A DNA stretch of 64,000 nt from Thermodesulfovibrionales bacterium (GTDB lineage Bacteria > Nitrospirota > Thermodesulfovibrionia > Thermodesulfovibrionales > SM23-35). Under the pieces are notes generated by a model that saw only the letters and a list, made by a program, of their open reading frames with translations, did no database searches and was not told the DNA's origin. The DNA lies in contig CAVQRT010000002.1 of the NCBI GenBank assembly GCA_963715195.1, positions 96,001-160,000 on the forward strand, read 5' to 3'. Shown one piece after another: positions 29,497 through 39,626 of the stretch (position 1 is the stretch's first letter; every line of letters begins with the position of its first letter). A program made the translations under genes and the position numbers.

Positions 29497-31321
29497 CTAT
29501 CTCCTCCGTCTCATCACTGCTGCGAATATGAACGGTATGAGCATGACTGTCAAGTCTGCGAGTGCTGTTACTGTATTCTGTCCGGTACCGATTGAACATC
29601 CACCCCCGCCGCCGTGCCTCTTCTTAGGAACTGTAACGGATACTGGATTTGAAGGAAAAGACTCGGCAAAATCGTTGAATGCCTTTATTCTGTAAGAATA
29701 TGAAGTACCAACTGATACAGAGGAATCCTCATAAGATGATGAGCCCGGAGGCAATTGGGATATGCCCGTAAAAACACCTCCGCCCGCGCTCCTCTCAACT
29801 ACATATCCACCTTCACCAGTTGCATTATCTTCCCATGAAAGAGAAACCCTTGTTGACGAACTGCCAGTTTTTGCTGTTAAATTAGTTGGCGCCAGGAGCG
29901 AGGACAGAGCCCGGTATGCATTGATTCTCCCACCTGTATAAATCCATCCTTCCAATGTTGGCTGAACATCGACATACCGCAGGATCGTGTTACGGACTTG
30001 CTGATAGTTGAATAAAGTATTATGGACGCCATCATAATAACTGCAGAGTAATCCCGCAAGGCCTGAAACATGTGGTGCTGCCATAGAAGTGCCTGCCATG
30101 TATTCCAGAACGCCATATCCCGTTTGATTAAGCGCATAAGGCACCGTACTAAATGTATAGACTCCCGGAGCAGCCACATGAACAGTGGTGATACCATAAT
30201 TGCTGAACGGCACTCTTGTGTCATCCTGATCGGTGGCAGCGACAGATATAATGTTAAAAGGTTTGTAGCTTGCAGGATAAAAGGGCATAAGATCATTGTT
30301 ATCCCCTGCGCCGTCCTCACCACCGTTGCCTGCTGCAGCGACAAACAGGATCCCTTCAGCATTCAATGACCAAATAGCATCCTCAACCGCCTTGGAATAT
30401 TCACCGCCACCCAGACTTGCATTGATTACACGGATGTTTGCCCCTTTCTGCTTCAAGGAAACCAGATAATTAATTGCATCAATAAGCTCTGAATTTTCCC
30501 CTACTCCCTCCTCATTGAGAATCTTAATGGCCATAAGTTTCGCATGCCACATAACCCCGGCAATTCCGTTGCCGTTGTTCCCCGCAGCAGCAATAATCCC
30601 AGCAACATGTGTGCCGTGTCCATCATCATCCATTGGATTGTTATTGTCGTTAACAAAATTCCACCCGTAACAGTCATCAGTAAAACCATTACCATCTTCA
30701 TCGTACCCATCTGTGCAACTGGACTCTCCTGGATTCTGCCAAATATTATTAACTAAGTCGTCATGAGTAAATGCTATACCAGTATCGAGCACGGCAATAA
30801 GGATGTTGGAATTACCTGTGGCGATGTCCCAGGCTTCCGGGGCATCGATATCAGCATCAGCAGTTCCGCCCGCATATGTTCCATCATTATGGAGTGACCA
30901 TTGGTTTCTGAAATAAGGGTCATTTGGAAAAGTTGCTGCACGGATAATATAGTTAGGCTCTGCATATTCCACATTCGGATCCGTCATATAATTCTTTACC
31001 GCCTCTAGCACGGATACACTCTTTGGCAATTGAACAAGTTCAAGGTTAGGCACGATGTCGTACTTCCTGACAACAGAGGAACCGACTGCTTTATGAACCT
31101 GCTGAGATGACGCATTCACGACATCAGACTTAAATTTAACAAGGAGTTCCCCCTCTTTATAATTGTCCTTTCGCTGCTTGAGCGAGAATAGATTGGGCAC
31201 TGATATTTACACTCCCAACTTCGTTTGAAGATCCTGACGAGATGCTCGCCGTCTTGTCACTGCCGCAAGCAGCAAGAATCAAAACAACTAAAAGATAGGA
31301 AAAATAGAGCAATTTCCTCAT
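29497..31321 (-). CDS. Subtilase B (S8) lipoprotein: prodomain, catalytic domain, FN3, Gly-Cys C-terminal tag; frameshift at ~31158
   Basis: AGGAG RBS, MRKLL...LAAC lipobox at 31321; VLDTG, HGTHVAG, GTSMAAPHV; ends GGGGGCS..TM..RRRR. Confidence 0.9.
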
Positions 31322-31418
31322 TTTCTCACTCCTTTATATAATGCTTTTGTTTTCATCCCAGTTCAGAGTCCTTCAAACTTCTTAGATGGTGGGTTTAAAC
31401 CCACTCTAAAATTACAAA

Positions 31419-32788
31419 TTACTGTACTGTTATCGTTGCTGACGCTGTTCCACCTACTGAATCTGAAACATCAAGAGTTGCTGTACCCACTGTGGCGGTT
31501 GCTGGAACTGAAACCGTTATAGTAGCTCCATTCCATATCCCCAGTTCCCCACCATCACGTATGCAGTTATTTGCAGTCCCGCCACCAGCACCGTTGTCAT
31601 TAAAAGCCCGATTTATGTTACTTGATGACGTTGTATATTGGGGTGTACCACCTGAAATGGTGAAGGTAAACGTTGAACATATTCCCGTTATAGTCGAAAC
31701 AGTAGGTGGGTTAATAGACAATGCTACTGGCTCTGGTTCCGGCTCTGGTTCGGGTTCAGGAGCTATTATCGTCACAGCGATACTATCCGATTTTCCAGCA
31801 GCAGAGGCTGTAATGTTTGCCGTTGCATCCAATGCTCCCGCATCAAGGGTAGGAGCATTATAAGTTGCCTCGGCTATGCCGTCTATCGTTTGGCTAAATG
31901 GATCAATACCGCCGAGATTTGTCGTAAAATTCACCGATGTCCCGTCAGGTGCCGGAGTACCTGCTGTTGTCGTCACATATGCTGTAACTGTTGAAATTTC
32001 ACCAGAGTCAATCGTCAAAGGATTTGCAAAGACTTCGACCTTTTGTATGGATACCGGATTCAAGGTCAGTGAGACGATATTGAAGGCTCCGTTGTCAGCT
32101 AATGCTGTTATATTAATAACAGTTGGAAGATCCCTGAGCGTCGATGGAATAACCCTAACGAGTATAGATGCCTGTCCGTTTGTGTCGGTCGTAGCAATGC
32201 TTCCGAGAGGAAATGTTGCCTCCTCGCTGTCAGACCCGAACAGGATATCCGTACCAACAACACGCCGTCCGAACCCGTCAAAAACCGTAGCCGTAATAGT
32301 GACTTCATTATCATTGGCAGTCTCGAAAAGCTCATAATTATCAGCAGCTAAGATCCAATGTCGGAATTGTGTTGCGATGCACTAAATGATGAGAAAAATA
32401 CCGTTTTCCTGTCTCTAACCTGACCTACTCCTCTATTGACTTCAGCCTGAACTGATGAAAACCCACTGGTGGTTGATTTGAGGGTAACCGATGCGATGCC
32501 GGTGCTATTCGTCTTTGCGCTTAAAGCACTTAATACACCAATTGGTGATAGATTAGTGAAGCTGACCGATATATTGTTTACAGGTGCTCCATTGCCATCG
32601 AGCACCTTGGCATGCAAGATAATAGCGGAATTCGTCTGTGCAATAAAGTGGGAAGGAAGCAATTGAACAATAGACGGCTCACCCGGATTTTCACCCCTGG
32701 GAGAATCTGAAGAACCGGATCCTCCTCCACAATTGAATGAAAAGAGGGATAATGCCAGTAATACTGACAGTATGATGATTTTTTTCAT
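31419..32788 (-). CDS. Lipoprotein with tandem Ig-like (Big_1/invasin-like) domains, frameshift(s) at ~32350-32375
   Basis: GGAGG RBS, SFNCGGGSGS lipobox; V.DGNGAPV..V.F, TDTNGQA, PDGTSVNFTT; (PE)n linker. Confidence 0.72.
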
Positions 32789-32804
32789 CTTATCCTCCAA
32801 AATA

Positions 32805-33445
32805 TTATTGACAATAATCGAACCAGCCAATCTGAAAATCTGTTTGTGCCTTGAAGGTAAACTTTTCTCCGTACTCGTTCTTTCCCTCAAAAGTATAGAC
32901 CGCCGTGTAGTTGTTTAAATATGCCATCCCGGAGTTATATTGGCCGGATGTGACATCGGATCAGATATTGGTCTTTTCTGATCAGATCAACGAGGATAAC
33001 GGTATCGTCCACAGTGGTTATCCCTGAACCGGCAGGAGCAGGAATAACAATAGTCTTATATCGAGTGTCGGTCTGAATCGGTGGTGCTCCTAAGGAATCT
33101 GCTGAACGCCTGAATTCAACGGTATATTTTTCTATATACAGGTTTCCCGCCTGAAAAGTCGTGTTTGGATTGATAAGCCGGGCGGTCAACGATAGAGTAG
33201 CATTGTGATCGGTAAAATCTTCAATTTCAGGAGGAGGTCCCGGATCACAAATATCCTGAACTGTGTCTACAGAATAGGTATTTTCATTTAAGGTATAAAG
33301 GCGTAACTATTGCATCAACTTCGACACCGGTATCTTCGGTCCCCTTACTGCCCGGAGAACCTGAACCGCCGCCGCAACCCCACAAAAATACAGTAGACAG
33401 TAGACAGTAAACAGCAAACAGGAAAATGTTATTTTTCTTCATCAT
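32805..33445 (-). CDS. Hypothetical lipoprotein, frameshifts at ~33287 and ~32960
   Basis: GGAGG RBS, LWGCGGGSGS lipobox; removing two bases gives one ORF ending WFDYCQ. Confidence 0.65.
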
Positions 33446-33503
33446 GCCTCCACATTATTTTAAAAAGCCCATGATATTGTTTCGCATTTAGGGTTTATGA
33501 GCA

Positions 33504-35777
33504 TTATGGTTTCTCTACAACTCTTGGTGTTATGAAAATCAGGAGTTCATTGGTAATGGATGTTGTTGTATTGCTTCTAAACAACCATCCGAGAATCGGT
33601 ATTTTCATCAATCCCGGGACCCCTGAATCTGAATCAGATGTTGTAATTTTATACATTCCTCCGATAACTACTGTCTCACCGTCTCTAATGATGACATTCG
33701 TATTTGCTTCTTTCTTGTCAGTCCCTGGAACACCTTCAATAGACGGTATCGTCGGGTCAAGTTCTTCTTTCTTGATCTCGATAGCCATACCGATTGACTT
33801 GTCAGGTGTAATATGGGGAACTACGTTCAGTTCCAGGGTGACATCCTTAAACTCTGTAGAAACAGTTCCCTCCGATGTGAGTTTTCTAACCGGGATACTC
33901 TTCCCTTGTAAAATTTTCGCTTTCCCGTTGTCGACAGTCAGGATTCTTGGATTAGATATAACTTTACCCTGTCCAATAGTTTCGATCGCTGAAAGCTGAA
34001 GATCAAGGCCGAATGTGCGGTCAGGACTGAGAAAGCCGAAGGTAAATCCTGAGCCTGATAGAGGCCCAACACTTTTTGCCGGAAAGTCAACAAGATAGTT
34101 GTTCCCCGTAAAGGCTCCGGGACTAAGAAAAGGAACTCCTGACAACCCCCCGATAGAAGAGAGGGTATTACTTGCCTGAATGTTCATTCCCCATTGGATA
34201 CCAAGATCACGCGTTGTAGAAGTGTTCACTTCAACGATTCTTGCTTCAATTAAAACTTGCGGAGTCGGTTTGTCGAGGGTTGCAAGGAGCTGCTCGACCT
34301 TTGGAAAGACATCTGCAGTATCCTGGACAAGTATGGTGCTCGTTCTCTCATCCGCACTTATACTTCCTCTCGGAGTGAGGAGCTTGGCATTTTTTATGGA
34401 AGCATCCACATCTTTTACCTGTGCATAACTGACGTTAAAGATCCTTGTCTCAAGTGGTTCCGCCAATGTCAGCGCCTCCCGGGCCTTAACTTTTTCCTCG
34501 CTTTCCCTCGTAAAAACGCTGTGCGGAGCAATTCTGATGATATTCCCTTCAACTGATTTCCCGAGGCTAAAGGTTTTGAGGATGGTATCAAGGGCCTGAC
34601 TCCAGGATACGTCGATAAACTTCATGGTAGCCCTTCCTTTGACATCCGGATGCACAAAGAGATTGCATCCGCTGATATCGGCAAACAGCCTGAAAATGGG
34701 CACGATATCCTGATCCTGAAAATCAAAATTGATATTCTCTTTTCCGTCGAGGTACGACTGGCACTTATTCTCTGCCGTTATTTCAGTCTCATTCGCCCTG
34801 ATTGATGATTCAACGGAAGAAGCTTCAGCACCTTCCACTATTGGAGCTGCAGACGCAACCATAGGCTCTCTCTCCCGCTTCACAGCAACAACAATCGAAT
34901 CACCAATGGCCGAGACATCAAATTTCGTCATCTCTTTCAAATCAATGACGAGCCGTGTCTTGTCATCATGCATGCCTGAGCGTATTCCCCGTATTGGTGA
35001 AATAACGCCGGCTGGTACAGACGTGTTCAATACAACATCCGGAATATCAATCACGAGACGGTTTTCTAACGGAAAGACATTCGGCGTCATAGAGCCATTG
35101 CCTTGAATAAGTATTTTTACCACGCCTGAAGAAGTATCAAATGAGATATTGGTTATTTCCGTAGCCTTCGGGAGTTGAGGATTTAGTGCATGATTCACAT
35201 TGTTATTCACTTTCCTCACAAGAGCAGCACGTTCTTTCATATCTAAATCAGGAATTTTCAGCTCCTTCGGCGGATCTTGTTGCTTCGGTGAAGCTTGTTT
35301 GAATAACAGATCGTTCTTGATTTTTATGGTCAGCACGTTATTCTTATATTCCTGATCAACTGTCGAAGGGGTCTCAAGGAGTATGTCAAGCCGTGCAAGG
35401 AGAGACGGAGACTCGACCTGTGAAGGGATGACTTCTGTAACACCCCGCTTGTGAGATACAATCCTTTTGTTGAAGGCACCGACTGATGTATCCGGTATGT
35501 CAACGACTATTTTATAGGGGTCTCCGGGCTTATACATGGTGTATACAAAGGGCTGATCAGCAGCAATCATCACGCTGTTGTCCTCTATGGCAATGTTCGA
35601 TATGACCGGTTTGGGAGGCTCTTTGCCGTTTACCTTTGCTGATGCACATCCCGCAGAGGAAAACAAAGAACAGCAAAGAAACAAGAACATGAATCCGCCT
35701 GAAATATATGAAAGCAGCGCATCATACCCTCTGTTCAAAGTTCTATTATTCCTGTATTGCACTCTATGACTCATCAC
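33504..35777 (-). CDS. pilQ: Type IV pilus secretin with AMIN domains
   Basis: INFDFQDQDI, PQVLIEARIVE, ELLIFITP; follows pilMNOP. Confidence 0.93.
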   Translation of the reverse strand: MMSHRVQYRNNRTLNRGYDALLSYISGGFMFLFLCCSLFSSAGCASAKVNGKEPPKPVISNIAIEDNSVMIAADQPFVYTMYKPGDPYKIVVDIPDTSVGAFNKRIVSHKRGVTEVIPSQVESPSLLARLDILLETPSTVDQEYKNNVLTIKIKNDLLFKQASPKQQDPPKELKIPDLDMKERAALVRKVNNNVNHALNPQLPKATEITNISFDTSSGVVKILIQGNGSMTPNVFPLENRLVIDIPDVVLNTSVPAGVISPIRGIRSGMHDDKTRLVIDLKEMTKFDVSAIGDSIVVAVKREREPMVASAAPIVEGAEASSVESSIRANETEITAENKCQSYLDGKENINFDFQDQDIVPIFRLFADISGCNLFVHPDVKGRATMKFIDVSWSQALDTILKTFSLGKSVEGNIIRIAPHSVFTRESEEKVKAREALTLAEPLETRIFNVSYAQVKDVDASIKNAKLLTPRGSISADERTSTILVQDTADVFPKVEQLLATLDKPTPQVLIEARIVEVNTSTTRDLGIQWGMNIQASNTLSSIGGLSGVPFLSPGAFTGNNYLVDFPAKSVGPLSGSGFTFGFLSPDRTFGLDLQLSAIETIGQGKVISNPRILTVDNGKAKILQGKSIPVRKLTSEGTVSTEFKDVTLELNVVPHITPDKSIGMAIEIKKEELDPTIPSIEGVPGTDKKEANTNVIIRDGETVVIGGMYKITTSDSDSGVPGLMKIPILGWLFRSNTTTSITNELLIFITPRVVEKP

Positions 35778-36287
35778 TCTTCCCCCTTATGGAGTTTCAA
35801 TATTACATCCCTTGGCTTAATATCTCCCCGATAATCTTTGATAAATTCCCTTATCAGGACAGCATCTTTTGTTATTTTCTGAACCTTCCCTCCCTGCAGT
35901 CCCAGGGCCATCCCCTCTGTTATTGTATACGTTTTTTTGTCCGGCATCATGACGAGGGCATAGGACTTGTTCTTATCCCATGCTATTGCCAGCAATTCCA
36001 TTTCATCGATCTCATAACTTTCAAAAGGACTGGCTCCACTCTTTTTCCCCGGTTTCTGGCGTTCTTTTGCAACAAGGGACAGGAAGGGGTCTCTCTTTCC
36101 CTTAGCATCATATTGATATGGTCTCTGAATTCAACCTTTTCTCCCTGAGACATGTTCTTTTCTTCAGATGTCTGGGCAGGCATGACTTTCGGCGCTGCCG
36201 GCTTCTGCACAGCGGATTCTTCCTTTTTACAACCTGCACAGAAGTATTAACAGAAAAATAAGGAAAAAGTATGTCGTTTTATTTCAT
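35774..36287 (-). CDS. pilP: Type IV pilus protein PilP, multiple frameshifts
   Basis: YDAKGKRDPF and SPFESYEIDEMELLAI read across frames; AGC lipobox; between pilO and pilQ. Confidence 0.78.
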
Positions 36288-36895
36288 GGTTTATTTGCCT
36301 GAGTTTTTTCTGTCTCCTCTTCAGGAACGACAGAAAATGTTGTCGCCGCAAAAGATATTTTGACAAGGGCGTTCTCTTTTTCCGGTTTTGGATCGCTGAT
36401 TTTTATATCAGAAATATTAACAATTCTGCTGAGCTTTGTGAGGCTGCTGAAGAAATACCCGAGGCTGTGGTAATTCCCTGTCAGTTCTACTTTCACCGGT
36501 ATCTCATACACAATGCCGCTTGGATGTGTCTTTCGTTGCTCCGGTTTCCAGAGCCCTATTTTCAGACCTGATCCGATGCAGAGATCTGAAACCTGTTTCA
36601 ACAATGTTGAAACTTCTTTCTCCTCAGGCAATTGCAGTTTCAGCTCGTTGAGCCGGACCCTGAGTCTTTCGTTCTCCAGGGTTAGTTCGGGAAGTTTTGC
36701 GGCTTTTGCTTGATTTTTCGCTATCTCATTTTCCTGCGCAGATATCTTCTGCTCAAGACCCTTGATTTCCTTCTGCTTGGGGAAAATCAGCAGGAACACG
36801 ACAACAAGCGTGATAACAAGCGCAGGGATAGCAGAGAGAATGATCTTTACGACTGAAGGTACATTCCTTAAAGAGACATTCATCTTTAGAGCCAT
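36284..36895 (-). CDS. pilO: Type IV pilus protein PilO
   Basis: QLPEEKEVSTLL, EIPV, GNYHSLG, RIVNI. Confidence 0.92.
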   Translation of the reverse strand: MALKMNVSLRNVPSVVKIILSAIPALVITLVVVFLLIFPKQKEIKGLEQKISAQENEIAKNQAKAAKLPELTLENERLRVRLNELKLQLPEEKEVSTLLKQVSDLCIGSGLKIGLWKPEQRKTHPSGIVYEIPVKVELTGNYHSLGYFFSSLTKLSRIVNISDIKISDPKPEKENALVKISFAATTFSVVPEEETEKTQANKP

Positions 36896-36896
36896 A

Positions 36897-37436
36897 TCAC
36901 ACCTTCAGCCTGCAGGTTAATTTGAACATATAGAGAGCTACTCTTTCCGCTTCGACACTTTTTGATTCCTGCAAATACACATCGGTGAACATCCGGGAAT
37001 TTTTAATGTTGTCAACATACGAGACGATGTCATTATTCGTAAAACCATACCCCTCCAAATTAATAGTTCCACCCGATATCGACATTGTCTGAAGCCAAAT
37101 GCCGTTGGGAAGGAGCGCACTGAATTCATCGAGAATTTTCACCGGCAGGCTTTTGTTTTTACTCAGCTGTTCGATAATATCATTCCGTTCTTTAAAGGTC
37201 TTGTTCCTTTGTTCAAAGTCCTCAACAGTCTTTATCATTTCTTTGAGTTCCGCTATCTTCGTTTCATTGGCAGCGAACTGTTCTTTCTTCGCAGACAGCC
37301 GTGAGTTAAAAAAGAATGTCAGATACGCCATAAGAATGCATATCACCACCGTAATGAGGATTGTTATGACAAGAAACGATGGAAGCGGCTTCGGCTTCTT
37401 CTTCCTTTTTAACGGTAAGAGATTGACCTTTATCAT
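36897..37436 (-). CDS. pilN: Type IV pilus protein PilN
   Basis: MIKVNLLP motif, TM, coiled coil. Confidence 0.92.
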   Translation of the reverse strand: MIKVNLLPLKRKKKPKPLPSFLVITILITVVICILMAYLTFFFNSRLSAKKEQFAANETKIAELKEMIKTVEDFEQRNKTFKERNDIIEQLSKNKSLPVKILDEFSALLPNGIWLQTMSISGGTINLEGYGFTNNDIVSYVDNIKNSRMFTDVYLQESKSVEAERVALYMFKLTCRLKV

Positions 37437-38470
37437 CTGTCGCCGGGTCTCCTGAGTGCTAACCCTGTGGCAACAGCTGCCATGGGAGCCATCTCCTGAA
37501 TATACGCGAGATCGAGATGTTTCGGTATTTTAATATTCTTAAATGGCTGCATGAGCTTGGTTTCTACCCGGATCTTTTCGGCAAGGAGATTCGGGAAGTC
37601 CCGTATAAGGGCGCATCCTCCACTCAATACAATCTCGTGGATGTCTTCATGGAAATATTCCAAGGAACGATTCACCTCACTGATAATTTCCTCAGATGCC
37701 AGTTCCATGACCGAAAATGCATCCTGGGGTGTAACATTCTCAACAGGTTCGCCTCTCTTCAGTCTCTCAGCTACTTCATAGGCAAGATTGAACTCCCGCT
37801 GAAGGACCTCTGTATGGAGGTTGCTTCCGACAGCACTATCCCTGGTAAATACAGATATGCCGCCTTTGAGGATATTCATATTGATTGTGTTTGCTCCGAT
37901 ATTGACCAGCGCAACGTTTTTTTCAGGTTCTATCTCATAATTGATTTCGTAAATATTTTCGAGAGCGAATGAATTGACGTCGACAATCTGGCAGTTTAAT
38001 CCGGCCTCTTTAACCACCGAAAGGTACTCATTAACAATATCTTTCTTGACAGCAACGAGAATAACGTCCATCTGGCCTGGCTCTTCCTTGGGTCCAAGAA
38101 TCTGAAAGTCCAGATCTACATCATCGATGTCGAACGGGATGTATTGCTCTGCTTCGAATTTGATTGATTCGTAGAGTTCGTCTTCAGACATCTCCGGAAG
38201 AGAAACCCGCTTTATGATGACAGAGGAATGACCTGCTATGCTGATCGTAACATCTTTTGCCCTGATTTTTGCCTTCCGTGCAAGTTCTTTCAGCGAATCA
38301 ACCAGACGAAGGGAATCGATTATGGAACCGTCAACGATCAATTCCGGTGGAAGAGGAAGCATATCAAACAGTTCGAGTTCATAGCCTTCTTTCGTATCTT
38401 TCAACTGAACAAGTTTAAGATACCCGGAACCTATATCTAAACCAACAGTGCCCTTACCACCGAAGAACAT
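37433..38470 (-). CDS. pilM: Type IV pilus protein PilM
   Basis: VGLDIGS, EAEQYIPF, ATGLALR. Confidence 0.94.
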   Translation of the reverse strand: MFFGGKGTVGLDIGSGYLKLVQLKDTKEGYELELFDMLPLPPELIVDGSIIDSLRLVDSLKELARKAKIRAKDVTISIAGHSSVIIKRVSLPEMSEDELYESIKFEAEQYIPFDIDDVDLDFQILGPKEEPGQMDVILVAVKKDIVNEYLSVVKEAGLNCQIVDVNSFALENIYEINYEIEPEKNVALVNIGANTINMNILKGGISVFTRDSAVGSNLHTEVLQREFNLAYEVAERLKRGEPVENVTPQDAFSVMELASEEIISEVNRSLEYFHEDIHEIVLSGGCALIRDFPNLLAEKIRVETKLMQPFKNIKIPKHLDLAYIQEMAPMAAVATGLALRRPGDR

Positions 38471-38618
38471 AGCATATGAATACCAGAAAAAAAATATCTT
38501 GTCAAGTATTTTTTAATAGAAATAAGAGGATTTCGGGTAATAATTAATAAATTAGTTGAAGTTTGTGATTTGGGTCACAAAAAAATTTTTGCTGGTACAT
38601 ATGAGCAAATTCCATCGC

Positions 38619-39533
38619 TCAGGATACATGAAAAAGCCGTTCTATCCTTACAGAATTGTCCACAAGAGAGCCGATGCCAAACAGGATATGATCAGGGCTC
38701 TTCAAGCGTACATATTCACATGCTCCTGAGGATGATACAGACCTATTCCTGATAGTCCCTTCCATAAAAGTCTCGGGATTATTTTGAGGGATACTTACAG
38801 GTATCCCATTTTTTGCTTTCTGCCATGAGTCATGATCGAATATTATTTCTTGCAGGTGCGAGAGGGCTTTATCCATCGAACAAAAACAATTTTTTTTATC
38901 TGGCAGTTCAGCGAGAGAAACGGCATCTTCAATACCAAAATTCCCCACCCTAATTCTTTTGAGAGCGGTCATATGTGCCCCTGTCCCGAGCTCATTGCCA
39001 ATGTCATCGCAGAGTGTTCTGATATATGTTCCCTTTGAACAGCTTACCCTTGCGTTAACATACGGGTGATGAAAAGACAGGAGTTCCATACGATGAATAA
39101 AGACGCTCCTCTCCGATCGCTCTACGGAAATTCCTCTTCTCGCGAGAGTATAAAGGCGCTCTCCGCCGATTTTCACTGCTGAGTACATCGGCGGAATCTG
39201 TTGAATACGTCCGCTAAACCTGCTGAGGACCTCATGGATAACTTCTCTCCGGAGCAAGCAGGGATCCTTTTTTTCAATTATTCTGCCGGTAGAGTCATAG
39301 GTATCCGTCTTCTCCCCGAGTTTCAACTGGACAATATAGTCTTTATCGAGGTCTGATAAAAAACGTGTGATCTTTGTTGCCTCGTTCAGACAGATGATCA
39401 AAATGCCGGTTGCTATCGGATCAAGAGTTCCCGCATGCCCCGCCTTCTTGACCCCCAATAACCTCTTCACTTTTGCAACAGCCTGCTGCGAAGTTATGTG
39501 CGCAGGCTTATCAAGATTTATAACAATATTCAT
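38619..39533 (-). CDS. truB: tRNA pseudouridine(55) synthase
   Basis: KAGHAGTLDP, QIPPMYSA, CSKGTYIR. Confidence 0.96.
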   Translation of the reverse strand: MNIVINLDKPAHITSQQAVAKVKRLLGVKKAGHAGTLDPIATGILIICLNEATKITRFLSDLDKDYIVQLKLGEKTDTYDSTGRIIEKKDPCLLRREVIHEVLSRFSGRIQQIPPMYSAVKIGGERLYTLARRGISVERSERSVFIHRMELLSFHHPYVNARVSCSKGTYIRTLCDDIGNELGTGAHMTALKRIRVGNFGIEDAVSLAELPDKKNCFCSMDKALSHLQEIIFDHDSWQKAKNGIPVSIPQNNPETFMEGTIRNRSVSSSGACEYVRLKSPDHILFGIGSLVDNSVRIERLFHVS

Positions 39534-39535
39534 TA

Positions 39536-39612
39536 TGGCGCGCCCAGGAGGATTCGAACCCCCGACCTGCGGATTCGTAGTCCGACGCTCTATCCAGCTG
39601 AGCTATGGGCGC
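39536..39612 (-). tRNA. tRNA-Arg(ACG)
   Basis: Cloverleaf, anticodon loop CTACGAA, encoded CCA. Confidence 0.95.
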
Positions 39613-39626
39613 TTTCCACCCTTATT

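Noticed and set aside
33455..33503. Riboswitch between pilQ and the lipoprotein
   Set aside because: Only a weak hairpin with a T-run; no recognisable aptamer consensus.
15407..36287. Programmed frameshifting or phase variation in split ORFs
   Set aside because: No consistent slippery motif or long homopolymer at the breaks; the single-base excess pattern fits sequencing error, so these were called CDS rather than pseudogenes.
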